From an uncultured virus (IMG/VR IMGVR_UViG_3300037047_000119) (taxonomy: Duplodnaviria; Heunggongvirae; Uroviricota; Caudoviricetes): a DNA stretch of 55,295 nucleotides. The number at the start of each line of letters is the position of its first letter. The first letter of the stretch is position 1. Shown here piece by piece: positions 1 to 9,636 of this stretch. The notes below the pieces were generated by a model, which saw only the letters and a program-made list of their open reading frames with translations, did not search any database and was not told the origin of the DNA. Made by a program: the position numbers and the translations under genes. The stretch lies in the IMG/VR virus record IMGVR_UViG_3300037047_000119. One strand, given 5' to 3'.

Positions 1-408
1 TTTTTGGGACAAACGACCAGTCTTTTTCATCCCACGGCGGCGTTCCGCATCCGTAAGGTCGTAGTTTCCTGGATGACGATCTTTGGCTTCCTGGGTCAAC
101 CACAGCATCCGTCGTTCCGGAATGTTCCCTTCCGCCAACTCTGCCATCCCGTAAAAAGTGGATGTGATCTCCAGTGTGCGTTTCCCTCGGATCTTGTACC
201 CAAACGACCTCCAGATGGGAGGACCGCCCATCGGGTCTTTCCCTGACCACCCCCGTTTGGCGAAATATTTTTTTGACTCCTCGGCCAATGTCTTGCAGAT
301 ACAATCTCCGAGTTTGGCCAACAACTGGGGAGAGATCGGCAGTTCCGTCATCCTGGAGAGCGGACCTCCAAGAATTGCCCGAATGCGCTGGGGGGTTACA
401 GCACTCAA
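1..408 (-). CDS. Partial ORF running off the left edge (not in ORF track); probable virion morphogenesis protein
   Basis: TTG at 408 with AGGAGG 6 nt upstream; open to position 1 (SAVTPQRIRAILGGPLSRMTELPISPQLLAKLGDCICKTLAEESKKYF...); late-type motif at 433-446. Confidence 0.75.
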   Translation of the reverse strand, partial: MSAVTPQRIRAILGGPLSRMTELPISPQLLAKLGDCICKTLAEESKKYFAKRGWSGKDPMGGPPIWRSFGYKIRGKRTLEITSTFYGMAELAEGNIPERRMLWLTQEAKDRHPGNYDLTDAERRRGMKKTGRLSQK

Positions 409-432
409 AACCAACCTCCTTCTTTTGTTTGT

Positions 433-446
433 CTATAGGAAAGCTA
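433..446 (-). promoter_or_regulatory. Putative late promoter motif (TAGCTTTCCTATAG)
   Basis: Matches 14-mer recurring upstream of minus-strand structural/cargo genes. Confidence 0.6.
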
Positions 447-479
447 CCTGAAAGAGTAGAGCACTCTTAGGAGGATGCT

Positions 480-839
480 ATGAACCCGACCGCTGGATAC
501 TTCTACTACCGCAACCGAACTGGACTGGTTGCGGTCTCGTATGATGAGGGGGACACCCTCATCCTTCCGACGGGCAAGGTTGTTGAGTCATGGACGATGG
601 CGGAGGGAGCTTGGGAGGAAACACCCGAGGATCTGTTCTCCGTGCTCTCGGACAAACAACGCGAGGCTCTTGAAATCCTGGTGGCTGCCCAAGACGACTC
701 CGAGATGGGGGAGATCGTCGCGAATTACACCAAGGCACGCAAGGCCATGGCTCGTCAGCCCAATGCACCACCACGTGAGGTGGTCTATCGGAGGCTGGGA
801 GAGGCTCACTTGGTCGTCAAGTCTGACTTTGATGACTAA
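480..839 (+). CDS. Hypothetical protein, 119 aa
   Basis: AGGAGG RBS, ATG start, GAGTAG motif at 454-459. Confidence 0.8.
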   Translation: MNPTAGYFYYRNRTGLVAVSYDEGDTLILPTGKVVESWTMAEGAWEETPEDLFSVLSDKQREALEILVAAQDDSEMGEIVANYTKARKAMARQPNAPPREVVYRRLGEAHLVVKSDFDD

Positions 840-841
840 GT

Positions 842-994
842 TCACTCCGGAGGCGTGATGAAAGGATACTTTCGGGGGGCGGACTGAGGATCCTGTTTTG
901 CCCAACGGCGCATTCTCCGATGTGCAAACAATTTCAGAAACCGACGCCCTTTAGGGGTATTCGTAAACCAGTTGGTGGTTTCGATTCGTTTCAT
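842..994 (-). CDS. Small basic hypothetical protein, 50 aa (MKRIETTNWF...)
   Basis: ATGA overlap with the stop of 991..2037. Confidence 0.5.
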   Translation of the reverse strand: MKRIETTNWFTNTPKGRRFLKLFAHRRMRRWAKQDPQSAPRKYPFITPPE

Positions 995-2037
995 CCCGTG
1001 TTGACCTGTTGGAGTACTGTTTCCTCGGTTGCGGGATGCCAGAGTCGTAACATTTTGTGGACGGTGCCAAGCTTCTTGATGCAATCTAAAAGATGCCGTT
1101 TTGCATCCCCAGATTTGATTTCAGATTCGGAGTATCGAACCACCGAGTACCCGAGATCAAAATACCCCCGAGCGGTATCTATGTCCGCGGCCACTCTCAG
1201 ACCGGGGTCCCCAAAAATGTACCGTGGCCCGTGAAATGCCTCCCCATCGCAAAGCACGACTACCTTACGTCCATCCCCCAAAGAGATCTTGATGTCGGCC
1301 TCTCGGGGTACTAGACATCCACGCACTGGGACACTCTGCCACTTGTTGTACTCCATAGGGAGTGCAAACCCACTTTGTACCAGATCGTCACTAAACCGTC
1401 TCTCCAACTGTGAACCGTGTTTTAGCTTGCTTAGGCGAGCAGCTTTTTCCTCTGGGGAAAGAGCTGCCCACACTTCATGCGCCCGCTTGGCCATTCTGAT
1501 AGTTCTGGCTCGAATCCTCTGCCTGCTATCCGTTCGGTACTCGTCCTCTCCCAAAGCATCGACCAAAATCCCCCGGTAAACCTTGTAGGTGATTCCCAAA
1601 TCCTGCATAACGGTGGAAACTTTTCGGCCCTCTAAAAAAGCACCCAGAACTGAAAGATATAAGCTATCCCCCTTTTCCCAGTGTACGTTCCGATCGGTAA
1701 GACCATCCCACTGGGATTTGGAACCTGAGGCCATCATTTTTCGGGGGTCATCCAGGATATTTGGATGCCATGCCTCATATTTTCTTTTGCTCATAGTCTG
1801 TCGAAAATCTTCGCACCTTGGACACCGCTTACTGTCTTTGAGATCAATATCCGTGATCTCCCAAAGACTCCCGCATTTACGACATCTCAGTGTAGCACGA
1901 TAGGAGTCCTTCCATTCCTGCCATCGAGACTTTAGTTCTGCATGATCGGGATCGTTATGAAAACGAAAATGCTGGCTCAACGCCACGTAATTCCGAACCA
2001 ATCGACCACAAACCTCACAGGCACCCAAAAACTGCAT
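991..2037 (-). CDS. Free-standing homing-type endonuclease: N-terminal Zn fingers, C-terminal Vsr/DUF559-like domain
   Basis: CEVC..H..H, CRKC, CPRC; C-terminal SQLE...ADI...LCDGEAFHG...VVRYSESE. Confidence 0.7.
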   Translation of the reverse strand: MQFLGACEVCGRLVRNYVALSQHFRFHNDPDHAELKSRWQEWKDSYRATLRCRKCGSLWEITDIDLKDSKRCPRCEDFRQTMSKRKYEAWHPNILDDPRKMMASGSKSQWDGLTDRNVHWEKGDSLYLSVLGAFLEGRKVSTVMQDLGITYKVYRGILVDALGEDEYRTDSRQRIRARTIRMAKRAHEVWAALSPEEKAARLSKLKHGSQLERRFSDDLVQSGFALPMEYNKWQSVPVRGCLVPREADIKISLGDGRKVVVLCDGEAFHGPRYIFGDPGLRVAADIDTARGYFDLGYSVVRYSESEIKSGDAKRHLLDCIKKLGTVHKMLRLWHPATEETVLQQVNTG

Positions 2038-3490
2038 GACCCACCCCCCACAACAATGGGAGGAGGAAAGGAAGAATACCGTAATTGATATTCTCCCAGA
2101 CCGGAGTTCGTCCGCGCTGCTCTACGTCATCTGGTGTGTTTGCCTTCTCAGTCTCCATGGGGGACTGAGCGGAGGCACCCTCCGGATAGAGCGGACTCTC
2201 AGGCACGGCCCACTGCGGGGGAGTCAACCCACCGTCTACCGGCAGAGGCGGGTAGATCCTCTGGCTGTATCGGGTCTGCGGCCAGGGTAGACCAGAAGTC
2301 CCGTCAATCGGAATGTCGTACCGGATGTCCTGCTCATCGAGGTACGCGATGTTGAAATGTTGCTGCAGTCGGTTTCCGCGGTTCGAAGGTCGTCGCACGG
2401 GACCGATAGAGTATCTCTCGTTCGTTTCTTTCACGATGAAATCCCGCTGCGTGACAACGGGAGATGGTCCCATCCAAACCTCGTAGGTGTGCTCTTTCCT
2501 TCGACCCGTGACGCCTTGTGAGATCCGACGCTCGGCATCGTCTGGAGCGACGATGACGTCGTAAGGCCCCTCGTACCCCCCCACAAATCCGCTTCCATAG
2601 CAATCCCGGCACCGGGAGGAGGGCTGTTTGCTGTACTCCCGGATCCGAGCGTCGATCCCACAAGAGCATGGGATACCGGACTGTTTTCGGATGAAAACTT
2701 TAACCCGTTCTCCTCCTTGTTGAAGGATCCACTGGTTCCTTCTTACGGCTTCCCGCCAGATGTAGTCCATCGTCTCAACATCGTTCATTGTCAAAACGGG
2801 ACAGTACTCAAGCGGTGTTTCTCGGTAGCCACTAGGAGTCGAGGCATCCAGTACAACGGTGGTCAGTCGATAGAACAGGTTGGAGTCTAATCCACTACGG
2901 ACGTGGTTCCGATTTGTCCAATACGAAATCTCGACTTGCGTGGTCGAGGTCGGAAGGTAAGGCCCCTCGAATTTCTCCGTGGCCTGATTAAAAGAGGGTT
3001 GATTGATCAGAGTTACCTGACCATTTGGCCCAAACACGTCATGAACCGGAACAACCACGCCATCGATGTACAACACAACATCAGAAGGTGAGTTTCCCGC
3101 AGTGGCCGTCTGATAGGGGCCACCAGGGAATCGTTTAGAGATGGGCATCCGAGTACGGAACATCCACTTGAGATCATTGGGGGCATCCCCCTTGTAAACC
3201 CACGATGTGTTCCAGTCCACAAGTTCTTTGATGATCTGGACGTTCTCGGTGCGGTCCCGGAAAAAGGTGCCTCCCAGAGGATACTCGTTGATCCGGTGGT
3301 ACGGGCCTCGGTCAGAGACATCCGACCGATAAACATTCACCCCCACGACCGTGAATGCGGAGTTGCCCGCAAGCAGGGCGGGACTGTCCCACCGAACGTC
3401 CTGTACACCCCGCTGGTACGTGGTGACTACTTGCCCGTTCTGAGGGGGGAGGGGGATAGTGGATGCACTGGGATCCCAGCCGTGGGACAT
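2015..3490 (-). CDS. Probable neck/head-closure protein with FN3-like N-terminus and Cys-rich insert
   Basis: GVNVYRS (FN3-like); ILQQGGERVKVFIRK..CSC..CRDCYGSGFVGGY; DFIV..NERYSI; late-gene context. Confidence 0.6.
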   Translation of the reverse strand: MSHGWDPSASTIPLPPQNGQVVTTYQRGVQDVRWDSPALLAGNSAFTVVGVNVYRSDVSDRGPYHRINEYPLGGTFFRDRTENVQIIKELVDWNTSWVYKGDAPNDLKWMFRTRMPISKRFPGGPYQTATAGNSPSDVVLYIDGVVVPVHDVFGPNGQVTLINQPSFNQATEKFEGPYLPTSTTQVEISYWTNRNHVRSGLDSNLFYRLTTVVLDASTPSGYRETPLEYCPVLTMNDVETMDYIWREAVRRNQWILQQGGERVKVFIRKQSGIPCSCGIDARIREYSKQPSSRCRDCYGSGFVGGYEGPYDVIVAPDDAERRISQGVTGRRKEHTYEVWMGPSPVVTQRDFIVKETNERYSIGPVRRPSNRGNRLQQHFNIAYLDEQDIRYDIPIDGTSGLPWPQTRYSQRIYPPLPVDGGLTPPQWAVPESPLYPEGASAQSPMETEKANTPDDVEQRGRTPVWENINYGILPFLLPLLWGVGHAVFGCL

Positions 3491-3517
3491 GAAGCACCTC
3501 TCGCCGGAGGCGGAGGC

Positions 3518-3841
3518 TTACTGGTTCGGGGCGTTCCGCAGGATCCGGGCACGGCCGTCGGGGAGCACCTGCCACGGCTGCCCCTCAGCGATCCCGAGCC
3601 GCTGCGCCGCCGTATTCAGCAGCCTCTGCCCGTACTCTTCGTTTTCCATCAAGGAACCCAGGAGTCGCGCCTTGCGAATCTCCAGGGAGCCGATCTCCAG
3701 GGTGATCTGGCTTCCCTTCTGGCGAAGCATCATAAGCTGCGCCATTTCCTCGGGGTTCAGGGTCCCCACGATATCGGGGTCCTGCTGGGTCTCTCCTGCC
3801 ACTTCCGGGATCTCATTCGTCGTCAGGTCGCTCATCTTCAT
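3518..3841 (-). CDS. Coiled-coil hypothetical protein, 107 aa
   Basis: GGAG RBS; heptad-like helix; co-oriented with neighbours. Confidence 0.7.
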   Translation of the reverse strand: MKMSDLTTNEIPEVAGETQQDPDIVGTLNPEEMAQLMMLRQKGSQITLEIGSLEIRKARLLGSLMENEEYGQRLLNTAAQRLGIAEGQPWQVLPDGRARILRNAPNQ

Positions 3842-3881
3842 AGCTCCATGTGTAGGTGCCCCTTAGGGGATGCCCTACATC

Positions 3882-4100
3882 CTACCCGGCGACCTCCCCT
3901 CCTGTGCTCTGCGTGCGGATCATTTCCATCCTCAGTCGCCCAAGGAACTGTCCCGGGACGAGTCCCTTTCGATCCTGAAGCACGAGACGGACAGGTGGAG
4001 ACACCGTCTGAGACAACTGGGTGAGGGACCAGTACACCGTGCCATCGTCTGCGACGTACTCGTACACACGAGCGTTGGCTGCCTTTTTTGAATCTGCCAT
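3882..4100 (-). CDS. Hypothetical protein, 72 aa
   Basis: First ORF after late motif at 4156-4169. Confidence 0.65.
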   Translation of the reverse strand: MADSKKAANARVYEYVADDGTVYWSLTQLSQTVSPPVRLVLQDRKGLVPGQFLGRLRMEMIRTQSTGGEVAG

Positions 4101-4155
4101 GGTGCTACTCTCTTTTGCTTGCCGCCAACTGCGGACTCTGGTCTACAGATGGCTT

Positions 4156-4169
4156 TTATAAACGGGCTA
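4156..4169 (-). promoter_or_regulatory. Putative late promoter motif (TAGCCCGTTTATAA)
   Basis: Recurring 14-mer. Confidence 0.6.
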
Positions 4170-4524
4170 GTGGCCACACCAAACATCGTTGCGGCAATAT
4201 ACGGCGATGGGGATAACGACTTTTAACTCGTAAAAGGCGCACTCATTGAACCCTTGTCATTTCGGTGGGTTGGCAAAAGCCCGTCAGATGTGGCCTCCGG
4301 CCTGGAGACGGCAAACCTTGTAATTTAGGGGGCTTGCGTGTTCACGGACAGATCGAAGTTTTATGGGTAAATGGGCGGATCAAAGGTCAACGATTTCCGG
4401 GGGGTAGCAGTTCGTTCCCCCAGCGTGCCAAAACCCCAGTTTAACTCTGTCGTTGATTCCGTTTTGAATCCGGATGGTTTGAACCATCCCCCAGTCCGGC
4501 CGGTCGAACGACTTTTAATGTTAT

Positions 4525-5103
4525 TTAGCTTCGAGGGCCAGGGAGAGTCGGATTGCTTTTGATTTCGGCTAGTTTGCGGTGGATGGCGGTGCTGAGCGTC
4601 GACTTGGCAACACCCAGCTTGGCAGACCACTCGGCCAAACACCCTGGTGGCATGTGGCCTTTCGGATCGAATTTTACGGCCGAAATAATGCGCATAACTA
4701 CGCGATCCGAAAGGACACGATTCGGCGGAGTACGGGGCTGTGCTGCACGTGCCGCACGCGCCAACGCGGATCTGACGTGATCCTGTTTGTCGAAAGCGTT
4801 TTGAGTCGGTGTGCCCAGAGCCAGATTGTTTTCACGGGCGTCGTTACGGTCACCACTCAGATGTCGGACGTGGATCCCTGGTTGGAAAGCCGCAGCCCCC
4901 CAGACGGCGAAAGCTACCACCTTGTGGAGCGGGACGGAGACATTCCGGTCTGGAAGAGCGAACGTGACCGTAGGGTAGTGTCCCCTGCACATGGTCGGTT
5001 TCAAAAGTTTCCCTGAAACCCCGTAGATGACTCCATGTACGGGGTCAACCCGGTACCCCTGATCCAGGGCAGACTTGATGGCTTTCAGGTGGCGGGATTC
5101 CAT
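4525..5103 (-). CDS. HNH homing endonuclease (HNH_3-type) with C-terminal HTH
   Basis: LHKVVAFAVWG...VRHLSGDRNDARENNLALGT..N; LGVAKSTLS. Confidence 0.8.
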   Translation of the reverse strand: MESRHLKAIKSALDQGYRVDPVHGVIYGVSGKLLKPTMCRGHYPTVTFALPDRNVSVPLHKVVAFAVWGAAAFQPGIHVRHLSGDRNDARENNLALGTPTQNAFDKQDHVRSALARAARAAQPRTPPNRVLSDRVVMRIISAVKFDPKGHMPPGCLAEWSAKLGVAKSTLSTAIHRKLAEIKSNPTLPGPRS

Positions 5104-5117
5104 CTTGTCCTAGAGGG

Positions 5118-5486
5118 TCACCCCTCCCACTCCGTCCCCTTCAGGTCATCGATGCGGACGTAGAACTCGCGGTTGGTGGGGTCCTGGTTGGCCCACTCGA
5201 TCCCGAGGCGGATGGCGTCGTCCTTGCTCAGATGGGGCTCCCGGCGGCCGCCCCGGAGAACCGCCCGGTTGTCGAGGTTGCTGGTGTACCCCAGCGCCCA
5301 GCCGAACACCGTTTCCCACACCGAGGCGCTCTTCCGGCCGCGGAAATGCTGCTCGACCTGCACCTTGCAGATGTCCTCGGAGTTGTAGGTACCGGCGTAG
5401 CATCCCGGACGGCAACGGCGGACGGTCTCCTCGTCCCACTTCGAGGGGTCACCGGCCAGTACCTTGAAGGCGTTCGTGTTCAGCAT
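5118..5486 (-). CDS. Hypothetical protein, 122 aa (MLNTNAFK...)
   Basis: GAGGAG RBS before ATG 5486; bipartite motif at 5525-5550. Confidence 0.75.
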   Translation of the reverse strand: MLNTNAFKVLAGDPSKWDEETVRRCRPGCYAGTYNSEDICKVQVEQHFRGRKSASVWETVFGWALGYTSNLDNRAVLRGGRREPHLSKDDAIRLGIEWANQDPTNREFYVRIDDLKGTEWEG

Positions 5487-5524
5487 TGGGGTTCTCCTCG
5501 GGGACTCTCCGCCCCGCATGTACC

Positions 5525-5550
5525 CTACTCTGAACTCCGGAGCAATGATC
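5525..5550 (-). promoter_or_regulatory. Putative early/middle promoter GATCAT-N14-GAGTAG
   Basis: Same spacing as copies at 6153, 13929 and 38043. Confidence 0.6.
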
Positions 5551-5554
5551 CCAC

Positions 5555-6130
5555 TCAGGTCCCGAACACCATCTCCAACAAACCAGCGAGGACGATGGCG
5601 TGTCCCATCTTTCGCTTTTCATTGTGCAGAGCTTCCTTGAAAGTCATGCCCATACCCTTGAAGTCATAGCCATCAAAGTCCCAGAGGGTGAGGGTCTCGG
5701 ATGCCTTGTAGAGCAATCCTAGCCGCTTCCAAGCCTCCGACTTCAAAACGGCGGCAACGTAAACGGGCACGTAGATCTTCTCCCGTGCCTCGATGTAAGT
5801 CAGCGGCCGGTCTCCCCACCAGGAATAGGCCGGAAGGGCTCCTTTCCCCATGGGGTACCTTACGGCACGGGGATTTCCCCAACCCTCTCGTGCCCACTCG
5901 AAATATTCGGGGGTGGGCAACCCATCTGGCCCAACGTGACAGGGATATGCCTTCGAGAACTGCCATGCATTCTCTACGTTCGTGGCATGAGTCACAGGCG
6001 CACCGGGGTACAGAGGTACCGGACCCAGAAAAAAAGGACTAAGCCCTCTCGACCAAGTCCGAGATCTGCTTGTGGTATCGATGGCGTCGGGGGGACGGAA
6101 ATCCCTCGGGCCTATGACTTTGACTCTCAT
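5555..6130 (-). CDS. DUF6939-like protein (possibly NADAR-related)
   Basis: TTSRS..W.RGLSPF; NVENAWQFSK; LTYIEAREKIYVPVY; GHAIVL. Confidence 0.55.
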   Translation of the reverse strand: MRVKVIGPRDFRPPDAIDTTSRSRTWSRGLSPFFLGPVPLYPGAPVTHATNVENAWQFSKAYPCHVGPDGLPTPEYFEWAREGWGNPRAVRYPMGKGALPAYSWWGDRPLTYIEAREKIYVPVYVAAVLKSEAWKRLGLLYKASETLTLWDFDGYDFKGMGMTFKEALHNEKRKMGHAIVLAGLLEMVFGT

Positions 6131-6152
6131 GATGATCTCTACCCCAAACAAG

Positions 6153-6178
6153 GATCATCCGGCGAGCACCCCGAGTAG
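6153..6178 (+). promoter_or_regulatory. Putative early/middle promoter GATCAT-N14-GAGTAG
   Basis: Upstream of GAGGAGG RBS of the CinA-like gene. Confidence 0.6.
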
Positions 6179-6198
6179 ATGTCTTGAGGAGGTCTACC

Positions 6199-6678
6199 AT
6201 GTGTGCAAGTCATCTTGTCGGCATGCTGAAATCCAGATCCCTGGTCCTCGTTACGGTGGAGTCCTGCACAGGGGGTGCTCTCGCCTCTGCGATCACGGAC
6301 GTGCCGGGAGCCAGCGAGGTGATGCGAGACGGTTTCGTGACCTACTCGAACGAAGCCAAGATCGCTCTCGGCGTTCCGAAAGAGGTCATCACGGCTTTCA
6401 CCGTATACTCCCCGCAGGTAGCAGAGCACATGGCCCTGGCGGGGCTGAAACGGTCGGTAGGTGCTCAGATCGGAGTCGGGATCACGGGTACGCTGAGCCG
6501 TGAGGATCCGGCCAACCCGGGATCCTCAGTGGGAGAGGTCTTCATCGGAATCGCGTCTGCAGATTGGGCTCCGAAATGGAGTCGGATGGAAATTCCGGCG
6601 GGGCTTCCAAGGCCGGAGGCCAAAAGGCTAATCGTCCAGGAGGCGATCCGGCAGTTGAAGGCGTACCTGATCGGATGA
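6199..6678 (+). CDS. pncC: CinA C-terminal domain / NMN deamidase (PncC-like)
   Basis: VESCTGGALAS.ITDVPGAS; FVTYSNEAK; MA.G; GITG; VGEVFIG. Confidence 0.85.
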   Translation: MCASHLVGMLKSRSLVLVTVESCTGGALASAITDVPGASEVMRDGFVTYSNEAKIALGVPKEVITAFTVYSPQVAEHMALAGLKRSVGAQIGVGITGTLSREDPANPGSSVGEVFIGIASADWAPKWSRMEIPAGLPRPEAKRLIVQEAIRQLKAYLIG

Positions 6679-7404
6679 CTACCAGCCCGTGTCCATGCTC
6701 AGGGCTAACAGTTGCTCGGAAAACTTTTTCGCTTGGGCAGGGTCGAGCTTGGCAAGCTCGTCCAGTTTTCTGTATGTGTCGTTACTTTGATTTCTAGTTC
6801 GGATCGCGTGTTCCATGTCCCGGATGAGACTCTGGACATGGTCAATGCCTACGGCCTCATGGGTTTCCTGGATCTTGCGGACGAGGTCCATGATCGGCTT
6901 TACGTGCTGGGGGATCGGAAGGGCTGAGACCTGAGTCTCCATTTGCTTCAGATGTTCCCAATCGATCGGTTTCCCCCTCTGGACGTCAGAGAGCATACGT
7001 CGGGCAACGTACTCCCAACTCTCGGCCTTCTCCGCGGAGAGGATCTCTACGGCCTCCTGGACGTGCCCCTTGGCTTTCGTTGCAGCCTCGTCCGCCGCCT
7101 TCATGGCATCAGGTCCCAGGCGCTCCTGTCCCTTAGCCTCGAACAACTTGGTCCGGTGTCCACCGGACACGGTGAGCGTGACGGCCCACTCGAAACCCCC
7201 GCCTTCTCTCGCTGTACGCTGAATAACACCCTCGTTGATCGTGATGCTGGGGGCACCCCGGTGGGACAACGGGGGGAGATCGTAGGACCGATGCCGAGAA
7301 GAGAACGAAAGTCCCCTGGACTTCTTAGTCACCCAGGGTGACCCGTACCAATCCCCCTTGAGGGAAGCCATGTATCGGCGGGCGACTCGTTGGGCTGCGT
7401 TCAT
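6679..7404 (-). CDS. Putative internal head/cargo protein with N-terminal RVARRY tag
   Basis: Starts MNAAQRVARRYMAS; follows the late-motif gene 7421..8977. Confidence 0.75.
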   Translation of the reverse strand: MNAAQRVARRYMASLKGDWYGSPWVTKKSRGLSFSSRHRSYDLPPLSHRGAPSITINEGVIQRTAREGGGFEWAVTLTVSGGHRTKLFEAKGQERLGPDAMKAADEAATKAKGHVQEAVEILSAEKAESWEYVARRMLSDVQRGKPIDWEHLKQMETQVSALPIPQHVKPIMDLVRKIQETHEAVGIDHVQSLIRDMEHAIRTRNQSNDTYRKLDELAKLDPAQAKKFSEQLLALSMDTGW

Positions 7405-7420
7405 GTGGAAGTCCTTTTCG

Positions 7421-8977
7421 CTAGAGTACTGGCTTCAAACGTTTCGCCAGATCGCGCCGGAACTCCTCATTGAAATCCTGCGCTTGCTGTGCCTGTGTAT
7501 CGGGGTCATCGAAAAACATATCGTCAAGCTGCTGCTTCAACGCTGAAACGGCCTTCTGCAAATCAGCCAACGCCCGCTTCCAGTCCGCCCCGCTCTGCGT
7601 CTCCCCCGAACAAATCGCTGCTAGCACTGCCGCGATTTTGCCCGAATAAGTTGCGGCGAAACCAGAGGAGTAAGACCCCTCACGCAACATGGGCACGAGA
7701 TGTTTGCGCATCTCCGGTACCGCATGGGCTAGTCGAATCAGGTCCCCACGCAGACCCTCATCAAAAGCTTTCTTACCCGTTCCGCCTTCACCATCTTCGT
7801 CCTCCATGATAGCCCCCAGGATCTGCATGAACTCCGCGGGAGACATTCCCTTCATGCGTTCTTTGGTTTCCGGCTTGGCGTTCTTCAAAAACTCCTGCAT
7901 CAGTTGGGCCTCAGTCTTTTTGACGCCACTCTTCGCGGGCTTTTTCTTGCGGAAATCCTTCACCGCTGCGGCGTCGTCATCCGTCAGGGAGTGCTTATCC
8001 ATCACCTTGACGACAGCCTTCGGGTAGTTACCCGAGTGGCTAGACTCCTTGAAAGGATCGGCACCTTTCTTGTAAGCATGTGCTGCGGCCAAAATGGCGC
8101 CGGAAAGTGCCCGCCATTTCTCATCTGGGGTAGAAAAACCGGAAGGACTCATCCCCACCTCTTGCATCAGCTGTTCAACTTTGTGCTCCGACGGGCGGGG
8201 ACTAGTCTTAAGTGACGTCTTGAGAGTCCGGATTTTCTTCGCCATGTCCTGCACCTTGTACGCGGCGCGCAGAAAATCGGAGGGCAAAGCAGCCAAACCT
8301 TTCTGGATGACCTTTGCGGCACCGGGACGCACAATGTGTGCAGCGTCGACAAATGCTTTAGCAGTTTGTTCCAAAACCTGGGGGCGTACCTTAGGACTGT
8401 CGGACTTGGTTTCCGGTTTTTCAGCTTTGGGTTTGGGCTCAGGCTTTTTGGATTCTACCTTCGGAGGCTCAACCTTTTTAGGTTCTACTTTTGGCGGTGC
8501 CGTTGTCCCCTGAGACTTGGGACTGGAGGCATGGAAAAGCTCTTCCGCACGATCATAGAAAATCTCTGCCATGTCCTGAAAATTTTCACCCTCTGCGGCC
8601 ATACCCCGACGGAAAGCTTTCTCGTAGTCCGTAATGGCCTTGGCCATCGTCCGTGTCAGGGAAATCTCTTTGTCTATGTCACCCTTGGACTTGCGGACGA
8701 TGTCGTTCACCCGCATCCGATCCTTCGGGGTCGTCCCCTTCTCGGACAGCGCTTTCGTTCGATCACCCCAACGCTCCCCCTGAGATTTGGGTCCAGGAGA
8801 TTGTTTTTTGACCGTGTGGTTACGGGGGTTAGCTTTCGGGTGTTCCTTCAGATACTCCCTACGGGCATCCTCAGTGGGGAACTCAATGGCCAGCTTGAGT
8901 ACCGGCAAAAGATGACCTCGAAACTCCGGGTGCTCTTTTGCAAACCTGAGGATCTCTTTTCGCAAGGTCGTACTCAT
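7421..8977 (-). CDS. Putative internal head protein, 518 aa, with two copies of the second tag
   Basis: LRKEILRFAKEHPEFRGHLLPVLKLA and LRGDLIRLAHAVPEMRKHLVPMLREG; Lys/Pro/Glu-rich linker; start moved to ATG 8977. Confidence 0.75.
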   Translation of the reverse strand: MSTTLRKEILRFAKEHPEFRGHLLPVLKLAIEFPTEDARREYLKEHPKANPRNHTVKKQSPGPKSQGERWGDRTKALSEKGTTPKDRMRVNDIVRKSKGDIDKEISLTRTMAKAITDYEKAFRRGMAAEGENFQDMAEIFYDRAEELFHASSPKSQGTTAPPKVEPKKVEPPKVESKKPEPKPKAEKPETKSDSPKVRPQVLEQTAKAFVDAAHIVRPGAAKVIQKGLAALPSDFLRAAYKVQDMAKKIRTLKTSLKTSPRPSEHKVEQLMQEVGMSPSGFSTPDEKWRALSGAILAAAHAYKKGADPFKESSHSGNYPKAVVKVMDKHSLTDDDAAAVKDFRKKKPAKSGVKKTEAQLMQEFLKNAKPETKERMKGMSPAEFMQILGAIMEDEDGEGGTGKKAFDEGLRGDLIRLAHAVPEMRKHLVPMLREGSYSSGFAATYSGKIAAVLAAICSGETQSGADWKRALADLQKAVSALKQQLDDMFFDDPDTQAQQAQDFNEEFRRDLAKRLKPVL

Positions 8978-9013
8978 GGGGGCCCCCTTTTTATCCATCA
9001 CACCTGAGAAAAG

Positions 9014-9027
9014 GTATAAACCAGCTA
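9014..9027 (-). promoter_or_regulatory. Putative late promoter motif (TAGCTGGTTTATAC)
   Basis: Recurring 14-mer. Confidence 0.6.
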
Positions 9028-9591
9028 TCGAAAAAAGCGGGACAACCACCGGAAAGCAATCCGGGAGGCCATCTGAAGTTGCTCCGCGGAGCACAACGCA
9101 TCATGTGGGAGTTTTTTCACTCTGTGAAGGATCAGATCTTTTCCCGCCTTGTCAGTCATCGTCTCTAGGACACGGATGTTGTCCTCGTCATCCTCCCACA
9201 CGTGAACAACCTCAACCCCCAGGTACTTTGAGAGGAGTCCCCGCAAAACCCGCTGCTTAAACCCGGGGGTGTCGTTCTGGTTCGAGAGGTATACGTCATC
9301 GAAAGTCAGTCCACGCATCTGCAGAAGTTCAGGGATCCGGTAACGGGCGAACGAGTTGTCTGACCTTCCGGTGCAAAGAACTGCCCACACATTCGGATCC
9401 GAGATACTTCGTTTGGCATCACTGACTGTTTCCTCGACCCACCAAGACGAGTCCGGTCGCTCCGGAACGCATGGTTCATTGAGGGACTCAGGTGCCAACC
9501 ACCAGTTCCTTTTTCTGGGCCAGCCAGAGGGTGAAACGGGACTCCGAAACAGTGTTCCGTCGAAGTCATAGAAATGAATCTGAAGTAACAT
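9025..9591 (-). CDS. HAD-superfamily phosphatase (RNA-repair HAD type) with C-terminal tag
   Basis: FYDFDGTLFRSP; LCTGR; FK; VWEDD; ends ASRIAFRWL. Confidence 0.8.
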   Translation of the reverse strand: MLLQIHFYDFDGTLFRSPVSPSGWPRKRNWWLAPESLNEPCVPERPDSSWWVEETVSDAKRSISDPNVWAVLCTGRSDNSFARYRIPELLQMRGLTFDDVYLSNQNDTPGFKQRVLRGLLSKYLGVEVVHVWEDDEDNIRVLETMTDKAGKDLILHRVKKLPHDALCSAEQLQMASRIAFRWLSRFFR

Positions 9592-9622
9592 CTGGACACC
9601 CCCGCTTACCCATCAGAGTGTC

Positions 9623-9636
9623 TTATCAAAAGGCTA
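9623..9636 (-). promoter_or_regulatory. Putative late promoter variant (TAGCCTTTTGATAA)
   Basis: One mismatch in the TATA part; its TAG is also the stop codon of the upstream gene. Confidence 0.4.

Noticed and set aside
4190..4520. Apparently non-coding stretch with small hairpins (GGATGGTT-TG-AACCATCC near 4472-4489)
   Set aside because: No recognisable tRNA, intron core or repeat array; probably DNA carried in with the HNH gene
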